Shown here piece by piece: positions 18,849 through 28,813 of a stretch of DNA of 64,000 nt. Origin of the DNA: an uncultured Clostridia bacterium (GTDB taxonomy: Bacteria > Bacillota > Clostridia > Christensenellales > Aristaeellaceae); NCBI GenBank assembly GCA_934630975.1, contig CAKTXH010000002.1, positions 2,507 through 66,506 of the forward strand, read 5' to 3'. Positions within the stretch are counted from its first letter, which is position 1. Every line of letters begins with the position of its first letter. The translations under genes and the position numbers were made by a program. The notes under the pieces were generated by a model. That model was not told the origin of the DNA, ran no database searches, and was given only the letters and a program-made list of their open reading frames with translations.

Positions 18849-20045
18849 TTATTTTGAAATCAGGTTTTTCATTCGCCGTATCGCGCCGAGAGGCAAATGC
18901 GCTATGCGTTTTGCCGTCCGCTCGATCACGCCCGGGCCGCGAAGCAGCTTCATCACCTGCTCGCTTTCAAAGCCGTGCGCCTGATATCGCTTAAAAAATG
19001 CCGTTCGCTTGGCGTGCGGTTCAGCTGACCGCACAAGGCTCGGATTCACGCGCGTCATGCTCTCCATATTCTGAAGGGCAAAACGGTTCATCTGCGTTCC
19101 GACAGCTTCAAGCGCCTGCCGCCCCTTCTGCGTATTGGCCATCACAAGCGAAAGCCCGGTATCGTCGTCCCGCTCGGGGCAGATTGTCTCCGCACCCCAC
19201 AGGTCGGCCAATGTGATATCCGCCGCATGCCGCTTTCCGCGAAGCTGATCGCAGTCATGGCAGGACGGACGCAGATACAGATTTTGCAGAAAGCCGTACA
19301 GATACGGATCGGTCGTCTGCGTGCCCGTGTGCTCTTCGCCGTTTTCAAACGTCGCAACGACGGAAAAATTCTTCCAGCCAAGGCGCTTATCGCGGAACGC
19401 ATAGGTGCAAACGCGGCTTCCCCGTTTCTTTTCCAGCTCCGCCAGATAGGACGCAAACACCCCCGGCGAAGGCACGCCGTGGCAGACAAAATCCACCGTC
19501 AGCAGCTTATCCGCCTTCACATTGCCCAGCGCCGCCATCAGTCCATTGATCTGGCAGGGCGTGCCGGAAAACAGCACCGGGATATCCCGTTTAAGCAGCG
19601 AAACCGCGTTGCCGATTGCGTCCGCCGCATCGCTCTGCACATATTTGGAGCCGCGCATGCCGGAAAGCTCGTTTTCATCAAACGCGCCGACATGCTCAAC
19701 GCGCAGCGTCTCGTCAAACGCCGCGCCGAACGCCACGCCGCCCTGCCGAATGACCTCGCGCGCAAGCAGCGTAAACACGCCGCCGGAGGACGACTGCCCC
19801 CGCAGCGCTTCATCCTTCGCCTGCGCGCCGAACAGATGCGCGTGACGCTCCGGCATTTCCCGCCCGGCCGGGCAGCGCTTCTCGCACAAATCGCAGGAAA
19901 TGCACGTTTCGCCGTCCACTTTCGGATAAAGAAAACCTTCCGCATCCGGCTGCATGGTAATCGCCTGCTTCGGACAAATGCTCACGCAAGCGCCGCAGCC
20001 CGTACATTCCGCCGGGTTCTTTCGTACCGTCTGCCTCATGCTCAT
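18849..20045 (-). CDS. FrhB-like (coenzyme F420 hydrogenase/dehydrogenase beta subunit family) 4Fe-4S protein
   Basis: Two ferredoxin motifs, CTGCGACVSICP and CISCDLCEKRCP, followed by an FrhB-type C-terminal domain. ATGA overlap with the pyruvyl transferase stop. Confidence 0.75.
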   Translation of the reverse strand: MSMRQTVRKNPAECTGCGACVSICPKQAITMQPDAEGFLYPKVDGETCISCDLCEKRCPAGREMPERHAHLFGAQAKDEALRGQSSSGGVFTLLAREVIRQGGVAFGAAFDETLRVEHVGAFDENELSGMRGSKYVQSDAADAIGNAVSLLKRDIPVLFSGTPCQINGLMAALGNVKADKLLTVDFVCHGVPSPGVFASYLAELEKKRGSRVCTYAFRDKRLGWKNFSVVATFENGEEHTGTQTTDPYLYGFLQNLYLRPSCHDCDQLRGKRHAADITLADLWGAETICPERDDDTGLSLVMANTQKGRQALEAVGTQMNRFALQNMESMTRVNPSLVRSAEPHAKRTAFFKRYQAHGFESEQVMKLLRGPGVIERTAKRIAHLPLGAIRRMKNLISK

Positions 20046-21208
20046 TTTCCTCTCGCCAAATTCAAAACGGCGTCCAGCGTTTCATCCTGCCCCGCCATGT
20101 ACGACGGCATCCGCGTTTGAAGCTGCTTTCGTTCCGCATCGGCCCGCTTCATCATCGCGTCATATGCCGCAATCAGTTCGGCCTCGCCGGAAAGTTCCTG
20201 CGCGGGGATCAAATGGCCCTCTTCCGAGCCGAACAAATCGCGCGCAATGCCACGCGCCTTGACCGAATAGCCGATCACCAGCGTCGGCACAAACGTCGAA
20301 TAGGCCGCCACGGAAACATGCGTTCTGGCCGTGACCAGCCCGCTGAGCCGCTTGACATAACCCTTATACTGCATCGCGCCAAGCTGAGACGACAGCAGGA
20401 ACACGCGCGGTTCATCCGCAAAATGCGCCTTGATTTCGGAAAGCGCGTCCATGTCGTTATCATGCGCCCATGTGACGTGCGGAATCAGCGCTACGGCGTT
20501 TTCGCTCGTCCGCAGGATATGGCGAACCAGCGCGACGAACGCGTTCAGCGCCGCGTTTCTGTCCTTCGCGTTGTTCAGCACGAGCGGGCTTACATTCAGA
20601 CCAACGGTCTGTTTTTCTCTCCAGCCTGCCGGAAGCGGCAGTTCTTCGGCTCGCAGGGTAAAGGCCGGGTCGCACCACGTCCGCACGGTCAGCCCTGCGT
20701 CGCGCATCGCCTGCGCCGTGATGGATTCGCGCGCGACAATCAGGTCATACGCCTTCAAATCCGCCAGACACTCGCCTTCGAGCAGTTCCGGGTTGACCGA
20801 GCAGCCCCACAGCACAAGCGGTTTGCCCGCCTGGTGCAGCCTACCGTTGATAACCCGGGTATGCTCCTGCCTCCCATAGCAATACGTATCGCCGCCGATA
20901 GAAAGGCAGACGTCCGCCCGCTTTCCCTCGCGGATCACCGGCAGATACCTGCGCGCAACCTCATGTTCGCGCGGCATGCCCAGCCGAAAACCGACCGAGT
21001 TGATCAGCCTGCTGACGCTGTACGGCGAAATCCGCTCGTCCACAACCTTTTCAATATCCGGCAGATTCAGCTTTCGATCCACATCGGCCTGACCCGATGC
21101 AAGCACCGCCTGCGCCCCTTTTTGCGCAAACAGCGCGGAGGTCGAGCGCACAATCGCTTCGCAGCCGCGGTTTTCACAGCCGGAATGGTTATACAGCAGC
21201 ACCCTCAT
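20042..21208 (-). CDS. Polysaccharide pyruvyl transferase family protein
   Basis: MRVLLYNHSGCENRGCEAI N-terminus typical of CsaB/WcaK-type pyruvyl transferases. ATGA overlap at 21205-21208. Confidence 0.8.
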   Translation of the reverse strand: MRVLLYNHSGCENRGCEAIVRSTSALFAQKGAQAVLASGQADVDRKLNLPDIEKVVDERISPYSVSRLINSVGFRLGMPREHEVARRYLPVIREGKRADVCLSIGGDTYCYGRQEHTRVINGRLHQAGKPLVLWGCSVNPELLEGECLADLKAYDLIVARESITAQAMRDAGLTVRTWCDPAFTLRAEELPLPAGWREKQTVGLNVSPLVLNNAKDRNAALNAFVALVRHILRTSENAVALIPHVTWAHDNDMDALSEIKAHFADEPRVFLLSSQLGAMQYKGYVKRLSGLVTARTHVSVAAYSTFVPTLVIGYSVKARGIARDLFGSEEGHLIPAQELSGEAELIAAYDAMMKRADAERKQLQTRMPSYMAGQDETLDAVLNLARGK

Positions 21209-22188
21209 CGCCGAATCCCCCATTTCTTTTTCGTCAGTTTTTCACGCACGCGCAGCAAAACGTAAAGCTGCGGGAAATAGCCATTGACCACGGCGCGATA
21301 AACCCGCAAATCCCACTGGGGAATCCGCTCCTCCTTCACGCCGTCGAGCACAAGAGGCCGAATGTGCGCGTTAAAGCGCTTCATGCAGGCCATGATGCCG
21401 GTTTCCTTTTCATCCACCCACACGCAGCTTTGCAAAAAATCGCGGAAATACAGTTCTTTCACGCCTTCGCGAACCAGAATCGCGCTCATGCTTTTGAGCA
21501 TCGGCTGATGCGCCTCGCTGTAAAGCCCCATGTTGGCCATCGCGGAACTGCTGTGCACACGGTAGACATACGTTCGATCCGGGATATGCGCGATGCTCTT
21601 GGCGCGCAGGTACAGCTGCAAATTGAGCAGCGCATCCTCGCCGATGCGCACGCTTTCATCCAGCCGCAGCCCATCCTCGAACAATTCGCGCACGTACAGT
21701 TTGTTCCATAAGTTGTTATAAATGCAGTGCATATGGATGATCTCGCGAACGATTTCCGAGGGCTGGGGCACGACCGGCTCGATTTCCACCGGGATTCGGC
21801 AGCCTTTTTCCACATCAAAAAGCGTGTGGTTGGCCGACGTAATCTGCGCGCCGGTGCGCATGGCCGCCTGATACAGAATCGACAGCGAGTTCTCCTCCAA
21901 CACATCGTCCGCATCCATAAACGCGATATAGCGCCCCGCCGCCATCGAAATGCCCCGGTTGCGCGCCGCGGAAACGCCTTCGTTGTGCACATGCACCACC
22001 TTTGCGCGGCTTTCCGTTCGGGCAAACGCATCGAGAATCGCCCCGGTGGAATCCGTCGAACCATCGTCGATAAAAATCATTTCGATATTCGGCGTGCGCT
22101 GCGCCTTCAGGCTCTCCAGACAGATATTCAAATAGCGGTTGGCGTTATAGCACGGCACAATCACGCTGATGTCGCAGACCTCGGACAC
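21205..22188 (-). CDS. Glycosyltransferase family 2
   Basis: ISVIVPCYN, FIDDGSTDST and MDADD (DxD) motifs. Confidence 0.9.
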   Translation of the reverse strand: MSEVCDISVIVPCYNANRYLNICLESLKAQRTPNIEMIFIDDGSTDSTGAILDAFARTESRAKVVHVHNEGVSAARNRGISMAAGRYIAFMDADDVLEENSLSILYQAAMRTGAQITSANHTLFDVEKGCRIPVEIEPVVPQPSEIVREIIHMHCIYNNLWNKLYVRELFEDGLRLDESVRIGEDALLNLQLYLRAKSIAHIPDRTYVYRVHSSSAMANMGLYSEAHQPMLKSMSAILVREGVKELYFRDFLQSCVWVDEKETGIMACMKRFNAHIRPLVLDGVKEERIPQWDLRVYRAVVNGYFPQLYVLLRVREKLTKKKWGIRR

Positions 22189-22203
22189 AAGAAACCCCTC
22201 CCG

Positions 22204-23124
22204 TTACGGCAGAAAATAGGATAAGCGCGGGCAGACCCGCAGCGCGATATCATAGACCTTGTGTTTCGCGCTCAGCTCGGAAAAATGCACACCGTCCGTC
22301 ACGCGGGAGACAATCTCCCGGCTGAACGCGGCAGCCGCCTTCCCGCGCCCGCAATCGTTGCGGAGTGTGCGGAGATAAATGTCGATATGCGCGCGGAAAA
22401 GCGCCGTTTGCAGGCCGTTCTTCCGAATAAAATGCGTAATGCCGTCAAGCATCGGCTTGGCGCTTTCATAAACATGCCCGCTTGCGCGCGTCATGGCGGA
22501 ATCGCCGCCCAAATCATAGCGATAGACCGATTGGCGCGTCATTTTCCAGCCGCGCGCGGCGTGAAACGCGTCGAGATTGAAGAGCACATCCTCGCCAACC
22601 TTCACGCCCGGCGGCACGCAAAGCCCTTTCTCTCGAATCAGCGACGCGCGATAGAGCTTGGCGCACATGGAGTTGAGCGTGCTGTCCGTGCGGACAAGGC
22701 TTTCCAGAATCGTCTGCCGATCTCCTTCCGCACAGGCGAGCTGCTCCTCGCGCCCGCCTTCGTCGGTGTAGCGAATCGTATACGCGCCGCAGAGGATATC
22801 CGCCCCGCCGTCGTCCAGCGCAAGCAGGGTTGCCAGCGCATCCGGCGGCAGAACGTCGTCCGCATCCACAAACGCCAGCCATTCTCCTCGCGCCGCCGCT
22901 ATGCCCGCGTTTCGCGCGCAGGATACGCCGCCGTTTTTCTGGTGAATCACGCGAATCCGTGCGTCCGTCTGCGCAAGCGCGTCAAGCGCCGCGCCCGTTC
23001 CGTCCGCCGACCCGTCGTCAACCGCAATCAGCTCCCAATCCTCCACGGTCTGCGCCCGTATGCACTCGACCGTGCGAGAGAGAGAGGCCTCGCAGTTATA
23101 GCACGGCATCACAATGGATATCAT
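22204..23124 (-). CDS. Glycosyltransferase family 2
   Basis: Start trimmed to MISIVMPCYN (ATG 23124, ATGA overlap). AVDDGSADGT and VDADD motifs. Confidence 0.85.
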   Translation of the reverse strand: MISIVMPCYNCEASLSRTVECIRAQTVEDWELIAVDDGSADGTGAALDALAQTDARIRVIHQKNGGVSCARNAGIAAARGEWLAFVDADDVLPPDALATLLALDDGGADILCGAYTIRYTDEGGREEQLACAEGDRQTILESLVRTDSTLNSMCAKLYRASLIREKGLCVPPGVKVGEDVLFNLDAFHAARGWKMTRQSVYRYDLGGDSAMTRASGHVYESAKPMLDGITHFIRKNGLQTALFRAHIDIYLRTLRNDCGRGKAAAAFSREIVSRVTDGVHFSELSAKHKVYDIALRVCPRLSYFLP

Positions 23125-24143
23125 TGCGGTTTCTCCCTTTCCGCGCGCAAAGCAAACGCCGCCTCGCCGCCTTTTCTTCGGATAATCTGGCAAAAAGCGA
23201 TCAACGGATAGACCGCCGGATAACCGCCTTTTTTGCAAAGCGCCCACACAAAGCGCCCGTAACACGTCATTTGACTGTGGTTCAAACCGTCAAGCGCCAG
23301 ATACTGCCTGACTTTTTCGTTGAACTGCCGCATCACGCCGCCAATCCCGCCATCTTTATACAGCCGAAGGACGAAACTGTTCAGCAGCGGCGCATAATAC
23401 CGTTCTAATTCGCCGCGCCGCCTGAGCATATCCCGCATGGCGGCCAGCCACGGCTCATGCGCTTCCCATTCGCCAGCCAAACGGCTTCCCGTCGCGGATT
23501 GGCTATGAATCCGATAGCGGTACGCAATGCGATGCACATACGCGATATCCCGCGCACAAAGCACCGCTTCCAGATTGAACAGCGCATCCTCCGCCATTTT
23601 CAGCCCGGAAACCAGCCGAATCTGCTCGCGTTCAATCATTTCGCGGCGAATCAGCTTGCCGCACATGATGTTCAGCACGCAGTCGCCCTCGATCAATCGA
23701 AGCGCGGCCGCATGCTTTTTTTGTTCGCTTTTCCCTTTATACCAGCGGTTTTCCGGCCAAACGGGCCGCGCCCGCCCGGCCTCGTCAAACGTTTCATGCG
23801 GGCAGACCACCATATCCACGTTCTCCGCCGCGCCGGAAAGCAGGGTTTCAAACGCATCCGGCGGCAGCAAATCGTCGCCATCCACAAACGTGATCCATTC
23901 GCCCCGCGCATGCGCAAGGCCGAGGTTGCGCGCCGCGCTGACGCCCTGATTTTCCTGCGAAAAAACGCGGATGCGCGCGTCCCGTTCGGCATAGCGCCGC
24001 GCAATTGCCAGCGAATCATCCCGCGAGCCGTCATCCACAAAGATTACTTCAAAATCCCGCATGCTCTGACTGAGCAAAGCATCTAGACAGGCGCTTAAAT
24101 AAGCTTCCGCGTTATAACACGGCAGAATGACGCTGATTTTCAC
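23121..24143 (-). CDS. Glycosyltransferase family 2
   Basis: Start trimmed to GTG 24143 (VKISVILPCYN), with a GTGA overlap on the upstream stop. FVDDGSRDDS and VDGDD motifs. Confidence 0.8.
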   Translation of the reverse strand: MKISVILPCYNAEAYLSACLDALLSQSMRDFEVIFVDDGSRDDSLAIARRYAERDARIRVFSQENQGVSAARNLGLAHARGEWITFVDGDDLLPPDAFETLLSGAAENVDMVVCPHETFDEAGRARPVWPENRWYKGKSEQKKHAAALRLIEGDCVLNIMCGKLIRREMIEREQIRLVSGLKMAEDALFNLEAVLCARDIAYVHRIAYRYRIHSQSATGSRLAGEWEAHEPWLAAMRDMLRRRGELERYYAPLLNSFVLRLYKDGGIGGVMRQFNEKVRQYLALDGLNHSQMTCYGRFVWALCKKGGYPAVYPLIAFCQIIRRKGGEAAFALRAEREKPQ

Positions 24144-25198
24144 GCCTGCGCCTCCCGCCCTTGCACGAGCGCCGCCGCGCCGTGCACGTCGCCGCGCAGC
24201 CATCGGGCGGCAAACAGACGCGCGCGAACCTGCGTGCGGACGCCCTTCCCCGTTTTCAGCGTATACATCGCCAGCGGGCGAACACCCATCAGCGCGCGCA
24301 GCAGGCCGCGCAGCGTTTCGTTCTGCGCCGTTTCCCGCATCGCCTCTTCCACATCCGCCGCGCTCGGGTCGAGCCGAATTCCCTTGCAGATCAATTTGTC
24401 GTAGCAAAGCACGGGCAGCACGTCGGAAAGCTCCTTTTCCCGGCCGCATGCGCGCACGTACTCGGTCAGCCGAACGCTCAGGTTGATAAGACGACGGCAG
24501 AGTTTCGGCTTTCGCATGCCCATCAGCGAATCGCCGCGCTGCAAATAATTGACGTAGGGCTTTGAAAGCGCGGCCAGCGTATGCACATGCATCAGGTACA
24601 TCGCCGAAAACAGCGTATCCTCGGCAAAAATTTCGTCGTTCGGCGCATACCGAAGATGATTCTGTTCGATGATATCGCGCCGGTACAGGCGGCACCACGC
24701 CTCCTGCCCGTGCACATAGGGCATCCAGTAGCGATAAAAATAATCAGCCAGGCCCATTTGATCAAGATCCAGCGTCTCGTCCTTCATCGGCAGATACGCG
24801 CCCTGCGGCCCGTCTTGGGTTACAAGGCGGTAATTGTAAATCACCAGTTCCGCGCCCGCGCGCTCTGCCGCGGCCACCGCATCCGCCAGCATCGTCGGTT
24901 CAACGGTATCATCCGAATCGACAAACGCGACGTATTCTCCCCGTGCGATATCCAGCCCCGCGTTCCGCGCTGAAGAGAGGCCGCCGTTCGCCTTGTGCAC
25001 CTGACGGATGCGCGCGTCCCTCGCGGCGTATTCCGCCATGATGCGCGGGCAATCGTCCTTCGTGCCGTCATCCACCAGAATCAGCTCGAAATCCTCAAAG
25101 GTCTGCGCGAGAATACTGTCCAGGCACCCCGGCAGATAGGCTTCCACCTGATAAACCGGCACAATCACGCTGACGCGGCACATACGCTTTTCCTCCAC
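24140..25198 (-). CDS. Glycosyltransferase family 2 (first gene of the operon)
   Basis: VSVIVPVYQ, LVDDGTKDD and VDSDD motifs. RBS GGAGG upstream. Confidence 0.9.
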   Translation of the reverse strand: MEEKRMCRVSVIVPVYQVEAYLPGCLDSILAQTFEDFELILVDDGTKDDCPRIMAEYAARDARIRQVHKANGGLSSARNAGLDIARGEYVAFVDSDDTVEPTMLADAVAAAERAGAELVIYNYRLVTQDGPQGAYLPMKDETLDLDQMGLADYFYRYWMPYVHGQEAWCRLYRRDIIEQNHLRYAPNDEIFAEDTLFSAMYLMHVHTLAALSKPYVNYLQRGDSLMGMRKPKLCRRLINLSVRLTEYVRACGREKELSDVLPVLCYDKLICKGIRLDPSAADVEEAMRETAQNETLRGLLRALMGVRPLAMYTLKTGKGVRTQVRARLFAARWLRGDVHGAAALVQGREAQA

Positions 25199-25217
25199 CC
25201 CTGCACGTTATAGAGCC

Positions 25218-25226
25218 ATTATACCA
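25218..25226 (-). promoter_or_regulatory. Possible extended -10 element for the GT2 operon
   Basis: Minus strand reads TGGTATAAT. No good -35 element. Confidence 0.3.
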
Positions 25227-25278
25227 TAAAACGTATAGGGTTGCTATCCCCAAATCCAAGCAGACGCTTTTCGCATAG

Positions 25279-25315
25279 AAAAAGCCGTTCCCTTCCTTTT
25301 GCGGAAGGAAACGGC
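25279..25315 (-). terminator. Intrinsic terminator after the secreted-protein gene
   Basis: GCCGTTCCCTTCC (25284-25296) pairs with GGAAGGAAACGGC (25303-25315). U-tract on the minus strand. Confidence 0.7.
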
Positions 25316-25332
25316 CAAACAAGCCTGCGTTT

Positions 25333-25839
25333 TCAGCCGACGTCCTGCGCGGACGCACCGCCGAGCACATCCATCGAATCCACCATGTGCTGCACGGCGT
25401 CGTTGATTTGCTCTTCGCCCAGTTTCTGCGGATAAACCGCCTGATAAACCAGCGTGCAATGATCCGCCGATACGAGCACCAGCGCCACGCGCACGGCTTC
25501 CTCGCCATCCGGCTCGACGTTGAGCATCAAGCCCTGCGCCGCGCAGCCGCCGACCGTCTCCAGCGACATGGACTGGATATTGGTCGCGCCCGGCCAATCG
25601 CCCGCGACAAGCCCATCCAGCGTCACATCCGCCTGCGCGTAGCGCAGAAGCTGCACGTAAGCGCCGCCGCTGAGCTGATAGGTCTGAATGAAATCGCCGT
25701 CGTCAAAGGCGACGTTCTCCACCATCTGCGCATCTTCCGGCAGCTGCACAAGCAGCACCGGCGCATCTTCCTGCTCTGCAAAGGCCATGCCGGTGAGCAT
25801 CAAAGCCAGCACCGTCAGCCACATCAAAATCTTTTTCAT
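25333..25839 (-). CDS. Small acidic secreted protein (hypothetical)
   Basis: Start trimmed to MKKILMWLTVLALMLTGMAFA (signal peptide) behind AGGAGGATAA. I recognise no motif. Confidence 0.6.
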   Translation of the reverse strand: MKKILMWLTVLALMLTGMAFAEQEDAPVLLVQLPEDAQMVENVAFDDGDFIQTYQLSGGAYVQLLRYAQADVTLDGLVAGDWPGATNIQSMSLETVGGCAAQGLMLNVEPDGEEAVRVALVLVSADHCTLVYQAVYPQKLGEEQINDAVQHMVDSMDVLGGASAQDVG

Positions 25840-25969
25840 GTTATCCTCCTTGCCCATGCACGGGATTCGCGCCATATTATAGCATGAAGCCCGCCGTTCG
25901 TCAAACCGCTTTTCTTTTTTTGCCGCCTATGCTATAATTCCATTGATCACCTCACAGGGAGTGTCTTTC

Positions 25970-27001
25970 ATGAAGCATATTCTGCTGATTGCGACCGGCG
26001 GCACCATTGCCAGCCGTCCAACGGAAAACGGGCTTGCGCCCCAGCTGCTTGCGGATGATATTCTGCGCTGCGTGCCCGCGCTCGGCTCGCTGTGCCGCAT
26101 CGACGCGGTGCAGCCCATGAACATTGATTCCACGAACATGGCGCCGGATTGCTGGCTTGCGCTGGCCGATTGTCTGCGCGAGCACTACGACCGATACGAC
26201 GGCTTTGTCATCACCCACGGCACAGATACAATGGCGTATACGGCCTGTGCGCTGTCCTATCTGGCGCAGGGCAGCGGCAAACCGATTGTGCTCACCGGCG
26301 CGCAGAAATCCATCTATGTGCAGGATACGGACGCGCGGCGCAACCTCTACGACGCGTTTGTCGCCGCGCAGGACGAGAGCTTGGCCGGGGTTTACATCGT
26401 CTTCGACGGTCGGGTGATCCTCGGCACACGCGCCCGCAAGACGCGCACCAAGTCGATGAACGCTTTTTCCAGCATTGATTACCCGGATGTGGCGCTTATC
26501 CGTGACGGGCGGATTCTGCATTACATTCGTCCGCCCAAGCCGCAGACGCCGCCTGTTTTTTACGGCAGGCTGGACGCAAGCGTCTTTGTGCTGCGCCTCA
26601 TTCCCGGCATGAACCCGGAGGTGCTGCGCCTGCTGGCCAGCCGGTTTGACGCGCTGGTCATCGAGAGTTTTGGCGTGGGCGGCCTGCCCTGCTACGAACA
26701 GGCGGATTTCCTTTCCGCCGCCTCCGCGTGGAGCAGCGCGGGCAAACCGATTGTCATCACGACGCAGGTGCCGCACGAGGGCAGCGATTTAGCCGTCTAT
26801 CAGGTCGGCGCACGAGCCGCCGCCCAGCCAGGCATTTTGCAGGCGTACACGATGACCGTCGAGGCCGTCGTCACCAAGCTGATGTGGATTCTGCCGCAGA
26901 CGCACGATCTCGAAAAAATCAAAGCGCTGTTTTATACGCCGATCGCCTGCGATTTGCTGCTCTTTGAAGAACGCGGTCAGGAAATAGACGAATCACGCTG
27001 A
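25970..27001 (+). CDS. ansA: L-asparaginase, type I
   Basis: ILLIATGGTIAS catalytic-threonine motif and HGTDTM. Start trimmed to MKHIL. Confidence 0.9.
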   Translation: MKHILLIATGGTIASRPTENGLAPQLLADDILRCVPALGSLCRIDAVQPMNIDSTNMAPDCWLALADCLREHYDRYDGFVITHGTDTMAYTACALSYLAQGSGKPIVLTGAQKSIYVQDTDARRNLYDAFVAAQDESLAGVYIVFDGRVILGTRARKTRTKSMNAFSSIDYPDVALIRDGRILHYIRPPKPQTPPVFYGRLDASVFVLRLIPGMNPEVLRLLASRFDALVIESFGVGGLPCYEQADFLSAASAWSSAGKPIVITTQVPHEGSDLAVYQVGARAAAQPGILQAYTMTVEAVVTKLMWILPQTHDLEKIKALFYTPIACDLLLFEERGQEIDESR

Positions 27002-27070
27002 CTTTTTCTTCCTGCTTTTGAAGAATCTTGAATAAAAAGCGACGGGTTTTCTCAGCCCGCCGCTTTTCTT

Positions 27071-27979
27071 TTAATACGCCGCTTCCATTTTCTTGACGGT
27101 ATCGTAGAGCCAGCGGTTCATCGGCACATCCAACCCGAACCGCTGCGCGCGGCGGATGATCGTGCCCGCGAACAGCTCCACCTCGCTCTTTCTGTGCGCC
27201 TCGCCATCCTGCCGCATGCTCGGCTTGCCCGCAGGCGACAGCGAATCCGCCAGTCTGACCCAATCGTCAAACTCCGCGTCGCTGATGGGATAGCCTTCCA
27301 GCGCCGCCAGCTTCTGCACCTCGCGCATGGCGGCCAGCATGATTTCGCGCGGTTTGCCCGGCTTCTGGATCGTGCCGTAGTCGCATTCAAAGACCATCAC
27401 CGTCTGGTTGATGCCGACGTTGAGCATCAGCTTGCCCCACTGGCGGCGCACCATGTCGCCGACCGGCTGCGCTGTTACGCCGTGCGCGTTTAAAAAGTCC
27501 GCAACAGCCTGCACCCGCGGTGAAATCTCGCCCGGCTGCTTTTCGCCCAGCACGATCATGCCCGCATGCGCATAGGTCAGCGCGTTGCCGACCTTCACTG
27601 CGTCCATGCCCTGCGCCGTGCAGTATAGCACATTCTTTTCGCCAAAGCGCGCGGCAATCGTCTCCTCGCTGCTCACGCCATTGAGCACGGAGAGAATCAG
27701 CGTGTTCTCGCCGATAAAGCCCGCCGCGGTCTCCATCGCGTCGCGCAAGCCGCCCTCCTTGGTCGCAAAGATCATCAGATCGACGGGCTTCGCCGTCTTC
27801 GGCGTTTCATATCGGAAATCCACAGGCACACCGTTGCAGGTCACGCCATGCTTCTGGTACCGCTCCGCGCGCGTCTCGTCCGCAATCACGCGCACATCCG
27901 CGCCGTTTTCAAGAAGCCGCTGACCAAACAGAACGCCCAGCGCGCCCAGGCCAATGATCCCAACCGTCTGCATATTCAT
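27071..27979 (-). CDS. panE: 2-dehydropantoate 2-reductase (ketopantoate reductase family)
   Basis: N-terminal Rossmann motif VGIIGLGALG and ApbA/PanE-like length. Assignment is at family level. Confidence 0.75.
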   Translation of the reverse strand: MNMQTVGIIGLGALGVLFGQRLLENGADVRVIADETRAERYQKHGVTCNGVPVDFRYETPKTAKPVDLMIFATKEGGLRDAMETAAGFIGENTLILSVLNGVSSEETIAARFGEKNVLYCTAQGMDAVKVGNALTYAHAGMIVLGEKQPGEISPRVQAVADFLNAHGVTAQPVGDMVRRQWGKLMLNVGINQTVMVFECDYGTIQKPGKPREIMLAAMREVQKLAALEGYPISDAEFDDWVRLADSLSPAGKPSMRQDGEAHRKSEVELFAGTIIRRAQRFGLDVPMNRWLYDTVKKMEAAY

Positions 27980-28812
27980 TCTCCTTTGTAAAGCCCACGC
28001 AGCAGCGCAATCTCCCGCGCATAGCCATCCAGTTCGTTCGGCGTTTCCAAATAAAACGACATGTTTCGCAGTGCCGGGTGGTTGATGATGGCCGCAATGG
28101 CCTGCGTGCCGAGGCTGCCCTTACCAATCTGCTCGTGGCGGTCTTTATGGCTGCCCATCGGGTTTTTGCTGTCGTTCAAATGAACCGCTTTCAGCCTCGA
28201 AAGGCCGAGCACACGGTCAAACTCGCCAAGCACATCGTCGAGCCGACCCACTACGTCATAGCCCGCGTCGTAGACATGGCAGGTATCCAGACACACACCG
28301 ATTTTGTCTCCGTCACGCGCCGCGTCGATGATCTGCGCAAGTTCCTCAAAGCTGCGCCCGACCTCGCTGCCCTTGCCCGCCATCGTTTCCAGCAGAATCG
28401 GCGTGGTCACGTCGTCCGTCATCACCGCGTCAAGCATATCCGCAATATAGCGAACGCCGACCTCCACGCCCTGTTTCACATGGCTGCCCGGATGAAAATT
28501 GAGCATCGCTCTCGGGATATGCGCAAGGCGCTCAAGATCTTCCCGCATGGTGCGCACGGCAAAACCGCGGATAGACGTGTCCGCCGCGCAGGCGTTGAGC
28601 GTATAGGGCGCATGCGCGAGAATCGGCGCGAACCGATGCGCCTCAAGAAAAGCGTTCAGCGCGTCCGCATCCTGCCGATCAAACGGCTTAACGCTGCCGC
28701 CGCGCGGGTTGCGCGTAAAAAACTGAAACGTATCTGCGCCGAGGGCGAGCGCCTGCTCGCCCATCGCCAGATAGCCTTTCGCGCAGGAGAGGTGACAGCC
28801 GATATGCAGCAT
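27976..28812 (-). CDS. nfo: Deoxyribonuclease IV (endonuclease IV)
   Basis: MLHIGCHLS start, HAPYTLN and HLNDSK motifs of the AP endonuclease 2 family. Confidence 0.9.
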   Translation of the reverse strand: MLHIGCHLSCAKGYLAMGEQALALGADTFQFFTRNPRGGSVKPFDRQDADALNAFLEAHRFAPILAHAPYTLNACAADTSIRGFAVRTMREDLERLAHIPRAMLNFHPGSHVKQGVEVGVRYIADMLDAVMTDDVTTPILLETMAGKGSEVGRSFEELAQIIDAARDGDKIGVCLDTCHVYDAGYDVVGRLDDVLGEFDRVLGLSRLKAVHLNDSKNPMGSHKDRHEQIGKGSLGTQAIAAIINHPALRNMSFYLETPNELDGYAREIALLRGLYKGE

Positions 28813-28813
28813 C

